Source: Antedon mediterranea (lineage: Eukaryota; Animalia; Echinodermata). From it: a stretch of DNA of 64,000 nt. Made by a program: the position numbers and the translations under genes. The notes under the pieces were generated by a model. That model saw only the letters and a program-made list of their open reading frames with translations. It was not told where the DNA came from and did no database searches. The stretch is from the NCBI RefSeq assembly GCF_964355755.1, contig NC_092679.1:19079432-19143431 (forward strand). Direction: 5' to 3'. Position 1 is the first letter of the stretch. Every line of letters begins with the position of its first letter. Of the stretch, positions 24,101 to 35,527 are shown piece by piece.

Positions 24101-27100
24101 AAATACCACTTGACCCGGTCCATGCCGTCTAGCTGCCATTTTACGCCATTTTAAAACGTTACTACAATTTAATTTTTTTATAAAAAATGCAATATAACCG
24201 GATGGTATATAGGGCTATAATTACGTTATAAACGGCATGGACCGGGATGACGATACATGGGATGAGGCGAGTAGGGTCCAGTCATTACAGAAACATACCA
24301 CTTGTCCCGGTCCATACCGTCTAGCTGCCATTTTACGCCATTTTAAAACGTCATTATTATTATTGTAGTAACGTTTTAAAATGGCGTAAAATGACAGCTA
24401 GACGGCATGGACCGAGGCAAGTCATATTTTTCTGAAATGACTACTGGACCATCCGAGCCCCAACCCATGTATCGTCATCCCGGTCCATGCCGTTTATAAC
24501 GTAATTATAGCCCTATAAATCATACGTTTATATTGCATTTTTTAGTTTAAAAATCGTTAAATTGTAGTAACGTTTTAAAATGGCGTAAAATGACAGCTAG
24601 ACGGCATGGACCGGGTCAAGTGGTATTTTTCCGAAATGACTAGACCCTACTCGTCCCAACCCATGCATCGTCATCCCGGTCCATGCCGTTTATAACGTAA
24701 TTATAGCCCTATAAATCATACGTTTATAGTGCATTTTTTATTTTTAAAAACGTTAAATTGTAGTAACGTTTTAAAATGGCGTAAAATGACAGGTAGACGG
24801 CATGGACCGGGGCAAGTGGTACTTTTCTATAATGACTGGACCCTACTCGCACCAACCCATGTATCGTCATCCCGGTACATGCCGTTTATAACATAATTAT
24901 AGCCCTATATATCATCCGGTTATATTGCATTTTTTATAAAAAGGTTAAATTGTAGTAACGTTTTAAAATGGCGTGAAATGGCCGCTAGACGGCATGGACC
25001 GGGTCAAGTGGTATTTTTCTGAAACGACTGGACCCTACTAGCCCCAACCCATGTATCGTTATCCCGGTCCATGCCGTTTATAACGTAATTATAGCCCTAT
25101 AAATCATTCGGTTATATTGCATTTTTTATTTAAAAAAACTTCAATTGTAGTAACGTTTTAAAATGTCGTAAAATGACAGCTAGACGGCATGGACCGGGGC
25201 AAGTCGTACTTTTCTGAAATGACTGGACCATACTAGCCCCAACCCATGTATCGTCATCCCGGTCCATGCCGTTTATAACGTAATTATAGCCCTATTATAT
25301 CATGCGTTTATATTGCACTTTTTATTTTAAAAACGTTAAATTGTAGTAACGTTTTTAAAATGGCGTAAAATGACAGCTAGACGGCATGGACCGGGGCAAG
25401 TGGTATTTTTCTAAAACGAATGGACCATACTAGCCCCAACCCATGTATCGTCATCCCGGTCCATGCCGTTTATAACGTAATTATAGCCCTATAAATCATT
25501 CGGTTATATTGCATTTTTTATAAAAAAAAATGTTAAATTGTAGTAACGTTTTAAAATGGCGTAAAATGGCAGCTAGACGGCATGGACCGGGTCAAGTGGT
25601 ATTTTTCTGACACCACTGGACCCTACTAGCCCCAACCCATGTATCGTCATCCCGGTCCATGCCGTTTATAACGTAATTATAGCCCTATAAATCATTCGGT
25701 TATATTGCATTTTTTATTTAAAAAAACTTAAATTGTAGTAACGTTTTAAAATGTCGTAAAATGACAGCTAGACGGCATGGACCGGGGCAAGTCGTATTTT
25801 TCTGAAATGACTGGACCCTACTCGCCCCAACCCATTTATCGTCATCCTGGTCCATGCCGTTTATAACGTAATTATAGCCCTATTATAACATGCGTTTATA
25901 TTGCATTTTTTATTTTAAAAACGTTAAATTGTAGTAACGTTTTAAAATGGAGTAAAATGACAGCTAGACGGCATGGACCGGGGCAAGTGGTATTTTTCCA
26001 AAATGACTAGACCCTACTCGTCCCAACCCATGTATCGTCATCCCGGTCCATGCCGTTTATAACGTAATTATAGCCCTATAAATCATACGTTTATAGTGCA
26101 TTTTTTATAAAAAAAAACGTTAAATTGTAGTAACGTTTTAAAATGGCGTAACATGATAGCTAGACGGCATGGACCGGGGCAAGTGGTATTTTTCTGAATT
26201 GACTGGACCCTACTTGCTCCAACCCATGTATCGTCATCCCGGTCCATGCCGTTTATAACGTAATTATAGCCCTATAAATCATACGTTTACATTGCATTTT
26301 TTATGAAAACCTTAAATTGTAGTAACATTTTAAAATGGCGTAAAATGACAGCTAGACGGCATGGACCGGGGTAAGAGGTATTTTTCTGAAATAACTGGAC
26401 CCTAATCGCCCCAACCCATGTATCGTCATCCCGGTCCATGGCGTTTATAACGTAATTATAGCCCTATATTTCATCCGGTTATATTGCAATTTTTATAAAA
26501 ACGTGAAATTGTAGTAAGGTTTTAAAATGGCGTCAAATGGCAGCTAGACGGCATGGACCGGGTCAAGTGGTATTTTTTTAAAACTACGGGACCCTACTAG
26601 CCCCAACCCATGTATCGTCATCCCGGTCCATGCCGTTTATAACGTAATTATAGCCCTATAAATCATTCGGTTATATTGCATTTTTTATTTAAAAAAACGT
26701 TAAATTGTAGTAACGTTTTAAAATGGCGTAAAATGACAGCTAGACGGCATGGACCGAGGCAAGTGGTATTTTTCTGAAACGACAGGACCCTACTAGCCCC
26801 AACCCATGTATCGTCATCCCGGTCCATGCCGTTTATAACGTAATTATAGCCCTATAAATCATACGGTTATATTGCATTTTTTATAAAAAAAACTTAAATT
26901 GTGGTAACGTTTTAAAATGGCGTAAAATGGCAGCTAGACGGCATGGACCGGGGCAAGTGGTATTTTTCTGAATTGACTGGACCCTACTTGCCCCAATCCA
27001 TGTATCGTCATCCCGATCCATGCCGTTTATCACATAATTATAGCCCTATAAATCATCCGGTTATATTGCATTTTTTATTTTAAAAAACGTTAAATTGTAG

Positions 27101-30100
27101 TAAGGTTTTAAAATGGCGTAAAATGACAGCTAGACGGCATGGACCGGGGCAAGTGGTTTTTTTCTGAAACCACTGGACCCTACTAGCCCGAACCCATGTA
27201 TCGTCATCCCGGTCCATGCCGTTTATAACGAAGTTATAGCCCTATAAATCATAGCCCTAATTAATCTAAGCCGTAAGTATAAAATTATTTAATTAAAATA
27301 TTACACATATTGCGCCCCATACATGTGAATGTGAATGTCGAATAAGGATCCAACTTCACAAAAAAAATTGAATATCGAATAAGGAATAAGTAACCAACTT
27401 CACGCCGGTTTGCAGAAGGCCTATATGATATGACTAAAATTGATTGTAATTTAATACTCGTCTTCCATACAATCCCTTGCTAAACTAAACGTTAACCAAA
27501 GGCCGATCGTGTTATAGGCCTACTTCCTAATCATGTGGCCGTATTCACCATTCACATCGGGGCTAAGAGAAACACCCTTAAAATTGAATCTATCTCAGTG
27601 AATACAATTTAAGGGAAATATTAAAATATTTATTGAGTTAAAGTTAAATTATACTTAATATTGGTGTGATTGATGAATACGGCCACTGGACCGTCCGATT
27701 AACATTAGAAACACATGCAATTCCTACATAATTTTTTAGGAATCGGTTTGCTGATGCTTAGGAGGTACTCATCTGGTGGGAAATGTTACAGTGATGCAAC
27801 ATTAAATAGTAAGGTGGTGATAGTGACAGGAGCGAATACAGGCATAGGCAAGGAGACGGCTTTAGATCTAGCCAGACGAGGTAAGACGCGTAATATGATA
27901 GTGAACTTAGGCCTAAAGCAAAAAATAGTAAAATTGGCTGCCAGCCGAGTTGAATAACCGTTTAGACCTATTTTGTTATGAATATGAAAACATTTTTTTT
28001 TTTGTCTGCAGAAGTGATTAACTCTATTAAAATACAAAATTACCTATCAATAACGTTTTTGAATGAATACATTTTCAACGGCAAAAATAAATACACTACA
28101 TTGTCCGGGTGATTTCATGCGGACGACACAGCAAATATACGAATTTCAAAGCATCAATTATAATATTCCCAGGTCATTTTAAGTGAACAAAAACGAACCA
28201 ACGGCATAGGCCTATGTACCACCGGTATCGAATTATCATACTTACGGGGCGCCGGTCAGGACACCAGTAAAACATTTAGAAAAGAAGCAAGTAGTGTAAA
28301 ATAATTACTGTTCATTGTACGGTATCTGTCGCACGCTTTTAAGCCTTTCAATGTTCTTGTTTTCTTTAGTCCGGTAATAGATCGTTATCCTGTACTGTCA
28401 ATCCAATGATTTAATGTCTTTATATTATTTCTAGGAGCAAAAGTAATTCTAGCTTGTCGCAATTTGGAAAAGGGTGAAGATGCAGCGGAGGAGATAAGAA
28501 GGAAAACTGGTAGTCGCAATGTCGTGGTGAAGACGTTGGACCTAGCTTCACTAGCATCTATACGGGCATTTGCTGATTCGATAATTAAGAGTGAACCACA
28601 CCTGGATATTCTTATTAACAACGCAGGTTTGTACTGGTCAGCATACTTCACCCTACATTTAAACGGACCATCAAAGGTGGCATAAAATATTTATACAGGA
28701 TTACACAATCAAGTAAAAGAAAACCTGTTTAGCATTTGGTGTCTCGAATACAAAAAAAATCAGAAAATACTAACCTACATGCTTTGCATTTGCGACGACG
28801 GGCGACCTAAAAAAGTTATGTTAATTCATTATGCGCATGCGGCGGGTAAATGCTCCCCCACCTCGACATATTTTTGGTTGTTGACACATTGACAATGACA
28901 TAGCCTAAATTTGTTCTTCGTCGCAAAATCTGAAATCCTCTACGCCACAAATTGAATAAGTTTAGATAATAAAATGTTCATGGAAACGTAATTTCGAGGG
29001 ATCTTTAAACTGTATATTTATTGCGAAACAGCTCTACCCTATCGACACTCAACATGGTTATTACTATTTAGTATTATGCACACATTTTATTTTCAGGGTT
29101 ATTTTATTTCTATTCTGATAGTCGCCGAGAAACATCAGATGGCTTCGAACAAGTTTTTGGTACAAATCACCTTGGACCATTCTTGCTAACAAACCTTTTA
29201 CTGGACTTGCTGAAGAAGTCGGCACCAAGCCGAATTGTCAATGTTTCCTCTTCGGGTCACGCTGAGGCTAACATTAACTTTGATGACATTAACTCTACGG
29301 AATCTTTTGAACCTGTAGCTGCTTATTGCCGAAGTAAACTAGCAAATATTCTCTTTACAAAGGAACTTGCAGAAAGATTAAAAGGTAATTCACATGTTAT
29401 TATTAGTCTGATCTTAAGTTCGATTCATCTAGGATGCATTTCATTTTGTCCAAAGGGTTAATTTTACGCTTGGTTGAATGTCGTATGCGCATACACGCAG
29501 CCGGTTCTCTCGGTCTGTATATCTAAATTTGTTCAGTTTCATAAACGCAAAAAATATTTCATGAAACGCGGAAGATGTCATGAAACAGTTCATAACCAGC
29601 AGACCAATACATACATAAAAAGTGCTCATCAAACTTAAATCGTTTTAACTTATTCATTTACAGGAACAGGCGTAACTTGCTACTCGCTTCATCCAGGCTT
29701 CGTAGCAACAGACGTCTTCCGTAGCATGCCACTGTTGCTTAAGCCATTGCTCAATGTGATTCTGCTTCTAATCTCCAAGAATTGTAAAGACGGTGCGCAG
29801 ACCACAATACACTGTGCTGTTGAAGAGAGTCTAGCAAATGAGTCTGGATATTACTACTGGTAGGTTGGTTGTTCACATAACCCGTGACGTTATAGAAACG
29901 TATCCATTGTGATCTTGCAAAATTAGTAAATCTATCCAAATAAATAAACTTCAAATCTATGTCCATGTTACGTACTATATTCACTACTATTCAAAGGAGG
30001 TTGTGTGTGCTACTTCACCGTACAACGTTAAGAGTGAAGATAGTTTCTGTCCATTCGGTCGTGAGGAACATGCCATGATCAAGGCGCGAGTAAGGCTCAC

Positions 30101-30542
30101 TTAGACAGACGAGGGCCAATCGTCGGGAGAAAATAAACATCCCGCGACGACAACGCCCGACGGTATCGCAAGACGACTCGTCACGTCGGGTATTAACTCA
30201 AACAACACCGACGAGTCAAGACGTTTCGTCGGGCCTCGTCGTACGATGCTGTCTCAGGTGGCCTATGGCATCTGCTTATACAAGCGGAATAATAATTTGA
30301 GTCTCCTTGGTGTTGTGCTGACTTCTTTGACTCTCGCATGTTTTTACGATAGGCCTATACTTCACTTTACATTTAAATACGTTTTTATTAAAATATTAAG
30401 GTAATTTCATATTGTGAATTTCGTTTTGTTTAGTGATTGTAAACAGAAGAAACCATCCAAGGCAGCGCAGGATATGGTTGCCGCCAAGAAACTATGGAAA
30501 GTCAGTGCTGAGATGGTTAAATTAGATATTAAACAAGATTAA
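15107..30542 (+). CDS. Retinol dehydrogenase 11/12/13-like SDR (copy B)
   Basis: Exons 15107-15173, 27740-27880, 28435-28626, 29097-29384, 29664-29859 and 30434-30542 are in frame. Motifs: [27 protein letters not shown] (YxxxK), LHPGFV, GAQT, LWKVS. Intron 1 is ~12.6 kb because of the Foldback insertion. Confidence 0.92.
15470..24351 (+). repeat. Tandem array, ~46 x ~194-bp monomers (left arm), with a 2524-bp 13-mer higher-order repeat
   Basis: ACGGCATGGACCGGG recurs at 15499, 15695, 15895, 16087 ... 24232. The diagnostic variant TACCTTATAA occurs at 18007, 20531 and 23055 (spacing 2524). Confidence 0.95.
24362..27250 (-). repeat. Tandem array, ~15 x ~194-bp monomers, inverted (right arm)
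   Basis: Reverse complement of the left-arm monomer (..CCCAACCCATGTATCGTCATCCCGGTCCATGCCGTTTATAACGTAATTATAGCCCTA..). Confidence 0.95.
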
Positions 30543-30564
30543 ATTTGGGAAATTTCCCGTGTTA

Positions 30565-31049
30565 CAGTACAACATATAGATATTACTGTTGTTGAATATT
30601 TGGTATAGAAGGCAAGCAAGAAAGGGTATACGAGAACATAATAACATGTGTACGGAACATGTCTTTTCAATCAACTGCGTGGTTTGAATGCCTTTACGGC
30701 ACAATATTTGTAGAATGATGCTTTATAGTATAATACTTTAATAGAGTACTGTTTTGCTCCCCATACCATTTAAAATGAGTATAATATAATTTGTAAATTT
30801 ATTCAGTACAACATATAGATATTACCGTTGTTGAATATTTGGTATAGAAGGCAAGCAAGAAAGGGTATACGAGAACATAATAACATGTGTACGGAACATG
30901 TCTTTTCAATCAACTGCGTGGTTTGAATGCCTTTACGGCACAATATTTGTAGAATGATGCTTTATAGTATAATACTTTAATAGAGTACTGTTTTGCTCCC
31001 CATACCATTTAAAATGAGTATAATATAATTTGTAAATTTATTCAGTACA
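30565..31049. repeat. Near-perfect 239-bp tandem duplication in the RDH-B 3' UTR
   Basis: CAGTACAACATATAGATATTAC... starts at 30565 and 30804. CAGTACA recurs at 31043. Confidence 0.9.
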
Positions 31050-31664
31050 CTGTTTTAACTTGTGTACATAAATAATACATAATGTATAGTTAGGGTAGCC
31101 CCATTTTTATATGAATATTAACTTTTAAAATTACTTTTAAAGAAAGTATTATATATTTGCAATAACTTAAATTATGGTATATCCACCCGTGAATAGTGGT
31201 CTCAACAAAACTTCACTGATGATGGTAATTTAGTGCATTTTCTATTTAGCCTATTCATAATTATATTATAGTTTAGGATAGGTCTCTAATAAAATAATAT
31301 CACACATTATACAATATATAGATTGTACGTAAAACTGAATGAACTGAAATAAAATGAAATAACGTATTGCGAAATGGAAAGTCTCGCACTTTCAAGAGCA
31401 GTATGCCTCACAGAAGACACACTCTATTATTTCAATAAAATATATTCTACTGAATTTGACCTAACGTTGCTTTGAACTTTGTTCTAAAAGAACGCAAACA
31501 TGACTATAAGTAAAGTAAACAGATAAGATATTGGTATAAGTGATGCGACTTGCAACCGAAAGCGGCAGTGTTGAAGTCCGATTCTACTAGAGCTGACGTA
31601 GGCCTAGATATTGATTACCTATTTGGGGACATTTTTTTTTATCACAACTGTAGATTTTTAAAAT

Positions 31665-34600
31665 ATGGATTTTGATCGAGTAGTGGAACTCTTAAAAACG
31701 AACTATGTTCCCCTTGTATCAATAGCCGCTGTTGGTATGTGCTCTTTTATTTTACATTCTTTATTTTATATTTAATACCATCTTTTTCTGGCTCCAGATT
31801 TCCGATAGAATTCAAAATCGATAATTTTTTAAATATACGATGAGGATTTCTCGAACGGGTTTTCCGTTATTATTATTACTTTTATTACAAATAATAGTGC
31901 TAGATTGAAAAATAATAATGTAACTAGCTGTGTATGCACCACACACTAAAGGTTAGAGCCAGTGGAGCAGTAGCCTTTAACAAAGTTTGCTCATAAATGG
32001 AGGAAGCCCAGGAGAAGAAATGCTTAAAGACAATGCCATTTGTGTTATATCCTCGATTTTTTAATAAAATAGTTATTTTTGTATTAATGTAGGAATCGGT
32101 TTTATGATGCTTAGGAGGTACTCTGCTGGTGGAAAATGTTACAGTGATGCAACATTAAATGGTAAGGTGGTGATAGTGACAGGAGCAAATACTGGCATAG
32201 GCAAAGAGACAGCTTTAGATCTAGCCAAACGAGGTAAGAAACTCACTTTGTTCGACACCATCCAACGGCAAGCACACGGCTAAATCTAACCAATTGTATG
32301 CAGTGCTTCCTATTTACCAAGTCTCGTATGAGGCTTTGTAGTGGCACTGTATTGGCGTGTTGAAATTGATGATGCTATTCAGATTTGAACTAATGACCCT
32401 GGGATGTGTAAGGAAGCATATCAAACACCAATCCACAGTGCCACTATTAATTCCAAGCACATTATCAGTTGAGCAAATCCGACAGAGGACCGAATTGTAA
32501 TTAATACCTAACTTAGCTTGGGAGGATCATTATCTTGTTTTCTATGGGCAGCTATTTGGGCCATAATTTAGTCAAATTATAAAACAAAGAACAATGGCAA
32601 AAATATCGCATACATTCAAACTACAAAATATTCAGATTCAGTATAGTAATTGCAAAAATGAATTTACTAACATTAGGCCTACATCAAGATGAACATTACT
32701 TATCATCTGAATGTGTATTATTTCTAGGAGCAAAGGTTATTCTAGCATGTCGTGATTTGGCAAAAGGTGAGGATGCAGCACAGGAAATAAGAACAAAAAC
32801 TGGTAATCAGAATGTTGTTTTCAAACTGTTGGACCTAGCTTCACTAGCATCAATTCGGGCATTTGCTGACTCGATCATTAAGAGCGAACAACATCTGGAC
32901 ATTCTTATTAACAACGCAGGTTTGTAACAAAATTAGTAACATACTAATTACTAAACAAGCACGAATGTGCAATACTCGGGGTACAGCGAAAGAAGCTGTA
33001 ATGACGTCATAAGACCGGATGTAACGTCACATACACATCAATAACCGCGCTACCAAATACGGCTATACGGTACCATCTTCGAGACGTCATATGGCTGCAT
33101 CCGGTTTGAAATTTAAAAATCCGGCTCTATAGATTTGAGGAAATGTCCCTGTATTATATTCATGCCAAATCCCAGCTCAATACTACAACTAATAAGAGAG
33201 GAGTAGTACTTTAAAAATCGCACTTTTTACTCAATAGTGTCCAGATGGAGAAAATGAGTAAGTCCTAGACTCGGGTACCTCGAGTAAAAATAAAACTACG
33301 GTAGTTCCAAACAACAAGTAAGTTTATAGCAAATAGTTTTTATTACGATAAAGACACTTTTATAATTATCTTAAAATTATAATTTCTTACAGGGTTGTTT
33401 GTGAGCGATCGGTATGAAACATCGGATGGCTTTGAACTAACTTTTGGCACAAATCACCTTGGACCATTCCTGCTAACAAACCTTTTACTGGACTTGCTGA
33501 AGAAGTCGGCACCGAGCCGAATTGTCAATGTTTCGTCAACAGCTCATGCAGGCGCCAAAATCAACTTTGATGACGTCAACGCTACTAAACGTTTTAGTAC
33601 TCATGTTGCATATGGCCAGAGCAAGCTAGCTAATGTCTTGTTTACAAAGGAACTTGCAAGAAGATTAAAAGGTAATAAATAGGCCTACCATAATTGCTTA
33701 TATTAATATATCTATTTTCAGCCAGTACTTCTGAGGATGCTATCGACTGCGCGTACGGATGTTTTTTTTTATTTTATTCACTCAAAACCAACAGCGATAA
33801 TTACCGCCACTCTAACAGGTTTGAAACATAAAATAATACAACATCAAAAACGGTTTACAATAAAATACAGTATAAATATATATAAAAACATAGATCAGCA
33901 TGCCATAAACAATTTCAATTTAAAATGTATACAAACAGGTTATGCAGGCTGTTCAAGAAGAGAACACATAATCTTCCTCTTAAAATAACCAAGCCTATCA
34001 TAAAAATTATTTAGATTATTAAATGTATATGGTAGTCTATGGAAAATTCCCTCCTGGTACAGTCGACACGGCTAAAGGGAATATGCAATAAATGTCTATT
34101 ACGTCAGATATCGTTCGACGATTGCTGACAGAATCAATGTAGAAGGCAACATTAACACAGTTATGAATCGTACAAATTTCCGTTGAACAGCGTTGGTTCG
34201 ACGGGCCTGACATGGAGAAATTGAATTGAAAATAACGGAACAATATTGAAAGTGAGGACGTATAATAGATTTGTATAAAGATAAAAGTGCCCTGCCGTCA
34301 TTCATAAACCTACAATTTCTCCATATCAAGCCCATCATTCTATTAGCTTTTGACACATGATTAATATGTGAACAAAAATTTAATTTACTATCTATAAAAT
34401 TACCTAAATCTTTCTGTTGTTCCGGGTCGTTTGTTTCATAGTTTTAATCAAATCCAAGTACACAAAAAAGTATGTATTGATGAAAATACGATGTGTTTTT
34501 TTTTTTTTTTTTAGGAACTGGTGTAACTTGCTATTCTCTCCATCCTGGATTTGTGTCGACCGAAGTTTTCCGTGACTTGGCAATATGGGCACGGCCAATT

Positions 34601-34963
34601 CTCTACGTATTTCTAATTCTTATTTCAAAGAATTGTAAAGACGGTGCGCAGACCTCAATACACTGTGCTGTTGAAGAGAGCCTAGCAAATGAGTCTGGAT
34701 ACTACTACAGGTAAGGTGACAGTTTGCGAGCTCCGCCGATGTTCACTTATAGGCCACGCCTGAAAGTTCGAGACAGACTACAGTACACCATTTCGACTAT
34801 ACAAATGATAATGAATAATATTGCTATTTGAATTGAAATGTTTTCTATTTTTAGTGATTGTAAACAGAAGAAGCCCTCTGCTGAAGCTCTGAACGTTGAG
34901 GATGCCAAGAGACTGTGGAAAGTCAGTGCTGATCTCGTTAAATTGGATACAAAGAAAGATTAG
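31665..34963 (+). CDS. Retinol dehydrogenase 11/12/13-like SDR (copy C)
   Basis: Exons 31665-31734, 32093-32233, 32728-32919, 33393-33671, 34515-34710 and 34855-34963. Motifs [23 protein letters not shown]. Confidence 0.93.
33763..34400 (-). mobile_element. LINE 3' fragment (RT C-terminus) in RDH-C intron 4
   Basis: SKANRMMGLIWRN...LLSLYKSIIRPHFQYCS is typical of the CR1/L2/Jockey RT C-terminal region. A-rich tail at ~33763-33778. Confidence 0.75.
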
Positions 34964-35527
34964 AAGAAATGGGGGAGATAAAGCAATATGTTTAGAATAA
35001 ATATGACATCAGTCGTGTACAACATTCATAAAATATATGACATCATGGTATAGGATTAAGTTAAATTATTAAATACCATGCCAAAATGAAGCAACCTTTT
35101 GAAACAATAAATGTAGGCCTATTATTGAGTCTCTTCCATTCCGACTTGCCATCATCAACCATGGAGGTATTATACCTCCATGCATCAACCGAACAAAAAT
35201 TCAATAAATTTAACACAATACGGAATTCAGTAGCCATTACCATTATTTGATTTATTTATTACAAGATCATTCTATATAAGTTAATAGACGAATTATGACG
35301 ATAATAATAATGATAACAACAACAACAGGAGCTCAGTGCGCATTTTAAATTTTTTTCCATTAGTTAATATTGGTGGCGCTATTTGATAATCAAACAGCGC
35401 CACCAACATTAGCTATAAAAAAACTTCGAGTAAATATTTTTTAGATCACGAACGGCCGGACGGCGGCCGTCTAAAAAACGAAGTTGTGACAAATTATGAT
35501 GACTTAAATTAGTATAATACGAAAAAT

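Larger units (their letters stand above)
15312..27409. mobile_element. Foldback-like non-autonomous DNA transposon (12.1 kb), 9-bp TSD TTGCAGAAG
   Basis: Ends ACCGGCGTGAAGTTGGTTAC... and ...GTAACCAACTTCACGCCGGT. TSD at 15303-15311 and 27410-27418. A ~160-bp unique outer TIR is followed by tandem arrays in opposite orientation that meet at ~24351-24362. No ORF. Confidence 0.93.

Noticed and set aside
24340-24375. Fold-back sequencing or assembly artefact at the inversion point
   Set aside because: The arms differ in length and monomer variants, both ends carry a 9-bp TSD, and unique intron sequence and RDH exon 2 resume correctly afterwards.
15470-27250. CRISPR-like array of palindromic repeats
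   Set aside because: The intervening sequences are near-identical rather than unique spacers, there are no cas genes, and the context is a eukaryotic intron.
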